Made by a program: the position numbers and the translations under genes
Part shown: in pieces, positions 41,657 through 45,844 of the stretch
How positions within the stretch are numbered: position 1 is the first letter of the stretch
Layout: every line of letters starts with the position of its first letter
The notes under the pieces: model-generated
The model's input: only the letters and a program-made list of their open reading frames with translations
What the model was told of the DNA's origin: nothing
The model's database searches: none
Assembly (NCBI GenBank): GCA_943329595.2
Contig: CALQEM020000001.1
Location: 1-45,844, forward strand
DNA length: 45,844 nucleotides
Source of the DNA: Bifidobacterium breve
GTDB lineage: Bacteria; Actinomycetota; Actinomycetes; S36-B12; CAIYMF01
Reading direction: 5' to 3'

Positions 41657-41833
41657 GTGCGTGCCCCCGTGCTGGATGAGGCAGGGCAGCAGGCAACCGA
41701 CGCCACGGAGCCTCCCGAAACTAGGTGTCGCGCCACGGTGAGTTACCCGCGCAGCACGCCGATGAGTTGGCTGGAGCCTTTCACAGGCACCCCCCATTGG
41801 CAATTGGCGGGTGACGGTCTACGGTCGGTCCCT

Positions 41834-42703
41834 ATGAAGACGATCGTGCGGCAAATCTACGTCATGAGCAGTGGCACCCTCACGGTCGAGGGAAGCACGC
41901 TGGTGCCCGGCACCAGCTTCGGTCAGCCCAAGACGATTCCCGTGCAGTACTTCCTGCTCGAGACGAGCAAGGGCTACATCATGGTCGATACCGGTAACGA
42001 TCCCGGCGTCATCACCGACGCAGTCGGTGCCTGGGGCGCCGACCTCGCGGGGGCCTCGAATCCGGTGATGAACGCCGAGCACCACCCTCACGCGCAGCTC
42101 GCCCTGTGCGGCGTCGATCCCGATGACGTGCGCATGATCATCTATACGCACCTGCACCACGACCACGCCGGAGGCGGCCGCTTTTTCCCCGAGGCGCTCC
42201 ACGTGGTGCAGAAGGCCGAGCACCGCTGGGCCTTCGGTCCCGACCGGTACTTTGGCGCTCCCTACAACCAGAACGACTTCCGGCACGACTCGCTGAACTG
42301 GCAACTGGCTGAGGGCGACTGGGTCATTCAGCCCGGCATCCACCTGGTCACCACGCCCGGCCACACCCCGGGCCACCAGTCGATCGTGCTGTGGGACACC
42401 CCCGATAGTGGCACCGTGATCCTCGCCGGCGACGCCATCAACTGCCGCGAAAACATCGAGCGCGACATTCCGCCGGGGCTCACCACCGACACCGCGTCGG
42501 CCGTGAGTTCACTGCACCGCCTCACGGCGCTCGCAGCCGCCTCCGACGCCAGCATGCTGGTGAGCCACGAGGCCGGCTTCTTCGAGCTCCTGCCCAAGGC
42601 CCCGAACGCGCTCAAGCTCCTCGAGCCTGAGGTGCGCCGGTACTACGAGGCCGGAATCCGCCACCTCTACCACGACGCGGCAAACCCCGACAACCTTCTC
42701 TAG
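41834..42703 (+). CDS. MBL-fold metallo-hydrolase, N-acyl-homoserine-lactonase-like
   Basis: YTHLHHDHAGG (HxHxDH), later TPGHTPGHQS and AGD. Only the last 290 codons of track ORF 39179..42703 are real. Confidence 0.8.
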   Translation: MKTIVRQIYVMSSGTLTVEGSTLVPGTSFGQPKTIPVQYFLLETSKGYIMVDTGNDPGVITDAVGAWGADLAGASNPVMNAEHHPHAQLALCGVDPDDVRMIIYTHLHHDHAGGGRFFPEALHVVQKAEHRWAFGPDRYFGAPYNQNDFRHDSLNWQLAEGDWVIQPGIHLVTTPGHTPGHQSIVLWDTPDSGTVILAGDAINCRENIERDIPPGLTTDTASAVSSLHRLTALAAASDASMLVSHEAGFFELLPKAPNALKLLEPEVRRYYEAGIRHLYHDAANPDNLL

Positions 42704-43701
42704 GAGTCCGCCGCCGCGGCGTCGGGCGACGAACGGCGTCCGGGCACGGGGCCAAGTTCGGCGCGCAACTTCGTCAGCGCCGCGTAGGCCCGGTTGCGGT
42801 ACCGCACGATGTCGGCCAGCAGCGAGGCGTCCATTCCGGTGAACCCGCCCCCGGATTTCAGACCGAGGTCGCCGTCGGCCACGCGGTCAAGCAGTAGCGA
42901 CGGAGGCGCAAAGCGATCTCCGTACGCCTCGTGGAAGCTCTCGTACGCTCCGACGTACACGTCGAGCCCCGCCATGTCGGCCATGGCGAAGGGGCCAAAG
43001 AACGGCAGCCTGAAGCCGAAGGAGTCGCTGACAACCTGGTCGATCTCGCCGGGCGTGGCACTGCCCTCCTCGACCATGCGCACCGCCTCGTGGAAGAGCG
43101 CGTACTGCAGCCGGTTTGCAACGAACCCCGCCTGGTCCGACACCCGCGACGGCGACTTGCCCACGGCCGCGATCAGGGCTTCGGCCGCCTCGATCACGTC
43201 GGGCCGGGTCATACTCGAGGGGATGATCTCGACGCCGGGCACAAAGGGCGCGGGGTTCATCCAATGCACTCCCAAGAAGCGCTCGGGGCCGGTCACCAGC
43301 TCGGAAAGCCGCTCGATCGGCATTGCCGAGGTGTTGGAGGTGATGATCGCGTCGGGCCTTGCCGCAGCGCTGATACGGCCCAGTGCAGCCGCCTTCACAT
43401 CTATTCGCTCGGGCACCGCCTCAACGATGTAGTCGGCGTTGCTGACGGCTTCCTCGATGCTCTCGGCGGCACGCAGGCCACGGGCGATGGTGTCGGCGCT
43501 GCCGGGCTCGAAGAGTCCCTGCTGCTCAAAGGTGCGCGCCTCGTCGACGAGTCGTGCCAACGATGCCGCCGCGGCCTCTGACGACACGTCGGCGATCACC
43601 ACGGGGTACCCGGCCAGCACGCACACCTGGGCGATCCCCCCTCCCATGTAGCCGCTGCCAACCACGGCGATGGTTTCGATGGGGCGGCGACCTCCGGGCA
43701 T
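42700..43701 (-). CDS. 3-hydroxyacyl-CoA dehydrogenase-family NAD-dependent dehydrogenase
   Basis: IAVVGSGYMGGGIAQV, ITSNTSAMPI and HWMNPAP. ATG 43701 is preceded by GGAGAGGAAG. Confidence 0.85.
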   Translation of the reverse strand: MPGGRRPIETIAVVGSGYMGGGIAQVCVLAGYPVVIADVSSEAAAASLARLVDEARTFEQQGLFEPGSADTIARGLRAAESIEEAVSNADYIVEAVPERIDVKAAALGRISAAARPDAIITSNTSAMPIERLSELVTGPERFLGVHWMNPAPFVPGVEIIPSSMTRPDVIEAAEALIAAVGKSPSRVSDQAGFVANRLQYALFHEAVRMVEEGSATPGEIDQVVSDSFGFRLPFFGPFAMADMAGLDVYVGAYESFHEAYGDRFAPPSLLLDRVADGDLGLKSGGGFTGMDASLLADIVRYRNRAYAALTKLRAELGPVPGRRSSPDAAAADS

Positions 43702-43727
43702 CGAAACTTCCTCTCCGACGGTCACGT

Positions 43728-44492
43728 CTAGCGCCCCGTCCACTGGGCAGCGCGCTTCTCGACGAAGGCTAGGGCGCCTTCGCGCGCGTCGTCTGAACTT
43801 TCGACAGCATCGACGTGCGGGCGCTGCAGGGTCCACATCTCAGAGCCTGGCCAGTCGGCCGACTCGACCACGATCTGCTTGCTGACGGCCACAGCCATCG
43901 GTCCGTTCACCACGATGTCGCCCGCCAGCTCGAGTGCAGCAGCAAGCGCGGTGCCGGGAGCGGCCAGCCTGTTCACCAGGCCGAAGTGGTGCGCTCGCGC
44001 CGCGGTGATGGGCTTGCCGGTGAGCACCATCTCCATGGCCACGTTGCGCGGCAGCCGGGCCGGCAGGCGCAGGAGTCCCCCGCCCGCGGCCAGCAGCCCG
44101 CGGCTCACCTCCGGGAGGCCGAATCGGGCGTCGTCGGCCGCCACCACGAGGTCGCAGGCCAACACCAGTTCGAACCCGCCGGCGAGGGCGAATCCCTCGA
44201 CCGCAGCAATGAGCGGCTTGGCCGGCTGCGCCTCGATAAAGCCGCCGAAGCCCCCCTGCTCGATGTGTGGGTTCTCACCCTGGCCGAAGGCCTTGAGGTC
44301 CATGCCTGCGCTGAACCCCGCGCCCGCGCCAGTGATGACGGCCACCGTGAGGTCGTCGCGCGCGTCGAGCTCGCGCATCGCTGCCCCCAGCGCCTCGGAC
44401 GTGGCCCGGTTGATGGCGTTGCGCACCTCGGGCCGGTTGATCGTGATGATGCGGATGGGTCCGCGATCGTCGACGAGCACGACTTCGGTCAT
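43728..44492 (-). CDS. Enoyl-CoA hydratase/isomerase (crotonase)
   Basis: ITINRPEVRNAIN...AVITGAGAGFSAGMDLK...IAAVEGFALAGGFEL. Confidence 0.9.
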   Translation of the reverse strand: MTEVVLVDDRGPIRIITINRPEVRNAINRATSEALGAAMRELDARDDLTVAVITGAGAGFSAGMDLKAFGQGENPHIEQGGFGGFIEAQPAKPLIAAVEGFALAGGFELVLACDLVVAADDARFGLPEVSRGLLAAGGGLLRLPARLPRNVAMEMVLTGKPITAARAHHFGLVNRLAAPGTALAAALELAGDIVVNGPMAVAVSKQIVVESADWPGSEMWTLQRPHVDAVESSDDAREGALAFVEKRAAQWTGR

Positions 44493-44587
44493 GGCAGATC
44501 CCTTCGATAACACCAGAGTGGATCACTCCCCAAGGAATGGGGTAGGTGAGCTACGAACGCTCTCCTCAGCATGGGGCCAGCGTGACC

Positions 44588-45844
44588 CTACGCCTCGTCG
44601 GTGAGGACTCGAATCTCAGCCTCGGCCCAGGGCGCGAGCTCGCGCTTGAGCAGCTTTCCATTGGGGGTGCGGGGGAAGGGCTCGTCGCGCATCAGCACCC
44701 TCTTGGGCCGCTTGTACGACGACAACTGCTCCTCGCACACACGCAGCACATCGTCGGCGGAGCCACCGGAACTCGACAGCAGCACGACGACGGGCACCTC
44801 GCCCCAGCGTTCGTCCGGTACGCCGACCACGGCCACGTCGCGAATGCCGAGTTGGGCGATGATGACGTCTTCAATCTCGCGGGGGTAGATGTTCATGCCC
44901 CCGGACATGATCATGTCCTTCTTGCGGCCGGTGACGGTGAGGAAGCCCTCGGCGTCGAGACGGCCGGTGTCGCCGGTGTGAAACCACCCGTCGCGGAACG
45001 CTTCCTCGGTCGCCTCCGCCTTCCCGTGGTAGCAGAGCATTCCGGCAGGAGACCTGGTGAGAATTTCGCCCTCGCCTAGGTCGGTGATGACTCCCTCGGC
45101 CGTCTCGACGGCGAGCGAGGTGATGGAGGTCGCGCGTCCGGCCTTGCCCGCGTGCTCGACGGCCTCCTCAGGCCGCAGCAGCGCGGCGATGAGGGGGAAC
45201 TCCGACATGCCGTAGCCCTGCACCACGTCGCACTTCGGCAGTTCGGCGTTGAGTTCATTGGTGAGCGCCGCAGGAACCGGCTCAGCCCCGGTGAGCACCC
45301 AGCGCAGGTCGCTGCCTCTCAGCCTCTCGAGGAGGTGCGGCGAGGCCGCGAGTTCGCGCAGCAGTACCGGCACGAGCAGTGTGTGGCTGATGCGGTGCTC
45401 AACGATCTGGTCGATGATCATCTCCATCGACACCTGCCCCGTGGGCAGCAGCACGTTGGTGCCGCCGGTCCACATCAGCGCGAGGGTGACGTCGTGGAAC
45501 CCGGCCGCCCACGACAGCGAGGGAACGACGAGGTAGCGGTCGGCCGGACCGACCGAAAGGTCGTGCACCTGCGACATCGTGTTCCAGGTGATGCCCTGGT
45601 GCGAGTGCGTAGCGCCCTTGGACCGTCCGGTGGTGCCCGACGTGTAGTACGTCATGGCAGGGTCCTCGACACCGATCTGGACGCCCGTGGGACGCGCCGC
45701 GCCGGACTCGATGACCGACTCGTTGGTGCGCACGTTGGCGCCCGCAGGCACCTCGACCGTGCCGACGGTGATGATCGTGCGCGGAAGCCGCGGCAGTTCG
45801 GCCAGCGGGAGCTCGCCGCGCTCGTCGACGATGAGCACGTCGAC
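44588..45844 (-). CDS. AMP-dependent acyl-CoA synthetase/ligase (N-terminus beyond the right window edge)
   Basis: YYTSGTTGRSKGATHSH (AMP-binding P-loop), GYGMSE, TGDTGRLD and PRTPNGKLLKR. Confidence 0.9.
   Translation of the reverse strand, partial: VDVLIVDERGELPLAELPRLPRTIITVGTVEVPAGANVRTNESVIESGAARPTGVQIGVEDPAMTYYTSGTTGRSKGATHSHQGITWNTMSQVHDLSVGPADRYLVVPSLSWAAGFHDVTLALMWTGGTNVLLPTGQVSMEMIIDQIVEHRISHTLLVPVLLRELAASPHLLERLRGSDLRWVLTGAEPVPAALTNELNAELPKCDVVQGYGMSEFPLIAALLRPEEAVEHAGKAGRATSITSLAVETAEGVITDLGEGEILTRSPAGMLCYHGKAEATEEAFRDGWFHTGDTGRLDAEGFLTVTGRKKDMIMSGGMNIYPREIEDVIIAQLGIRDVAVVGVPDERWGEVPVVVLLSSSGGSADDVLRVCEEQLSSYKRPKRVLMRDEPFPRTPNGKLLKRELAPWAEAEIRVLTDEA

Noticed and set aside
39179-41833. 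The first ~885 codons of the 1,174-aa plus-strand ORF 39179..42703, the longest ORF in the track.
   Set aside because: It runs antisense to four well-supported minus-strand genes (LbH, BKACE, KPR-like and the start of the divergent region). Its composition is Arg/Gly/His/Ala-rich with no recognisable domain. Only the last 290 codons, from ATG 41834, encode a recognisable MBL hydrolase. This is a GC-content artefact.
1-45844. Prophage, integrative element, IS element or defence island.
   Set aside because: No integrase, transposase, recombinase, phage structural gene or restriction/Cas-type gene was recognised on either strand. The only addiction-type module is the MNT/HEPN pair.

Overview
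This is a very GC-rich chromosomal segment with strong GC3 codon bias, consistent with Actinomycetota and possibly a Microbacteriaceae-like organism. It is densely packed with about 55 protein genes. I saw no rRNA, tRNA, CRISPR array, transposase, integrase or prophage genes. Many long ORFs in the supplied track are antisense or off-frame artefacts of the GC content. Start codons below are my own picks, based on conserved N-termini, SD-like sequences and stop/start overlaps.

Gene content, left to right:
- MFS transporter (partial, absent from the ORF track), DUF3039, WhiB, GTP-PEPCK (pckG).
- A membrane-anchored alpha/beta-hydrolase.
- An MntA/HepT (MNT/HEPN) toxin-antitoxin pair.
- A secreted beta-helix protein, a PLDc_N/SHOCT protein and a ClC channel.
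- A duplicated 117-bp intergenic element.
- A GNAT / glycerol kinase / GlpA-like / flavoprotein / EamA operon whose last four genes are chained by ATGA overlaps.
- A MoxR-DUF58-VWA operon and a DUF2510 sensor-like protein.
- A CsoR-family repressor with two palindromic operators, controlling a DUF302 gene and a 56-aa six-Cys gene.
- A GT2 / GT-C-like glycosylation operon, an SRPBCC protein and an acyltransferase-3.
- An ECF sigma / RskA-type anti-sigma pair next to two fasciclin genes. The two fasciclin genes arose by a 1,039-bp tandem duplication.
- A DUF2461 / histidine kinase / OmpR-type regulator operon, divergent from a secreted six-module L[TS]xxQ repeat protein.
- A PAS / CoA-binding pair and an epimerase.
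- A roughly 9-kb catabolic cluster: Dabb, amidohydrolase-like, cyclase, LbH, BKACE, KPR-like reductase, MBL lactonase, HADH, ECH and acyl-CoA ligase.

The best candidates for undescribed biology are:
1. The Cpx/Zra-like two-component system plus L[TS]xxQ repeat protein module, which has phased direct-repeat boxes in the shared promoter.
2. The His-less (C-x-C) CsoR-family regulon of DUF302 plus the six-Cys mini-protein.
3. The duplicated sigma-dependent fasciclin locus, which shows mosaic conservation.
4. The BKACE-centred lactone/lactam catabolic cluster.

All functional calls rest on motif recognition by eye. No database searches were run.
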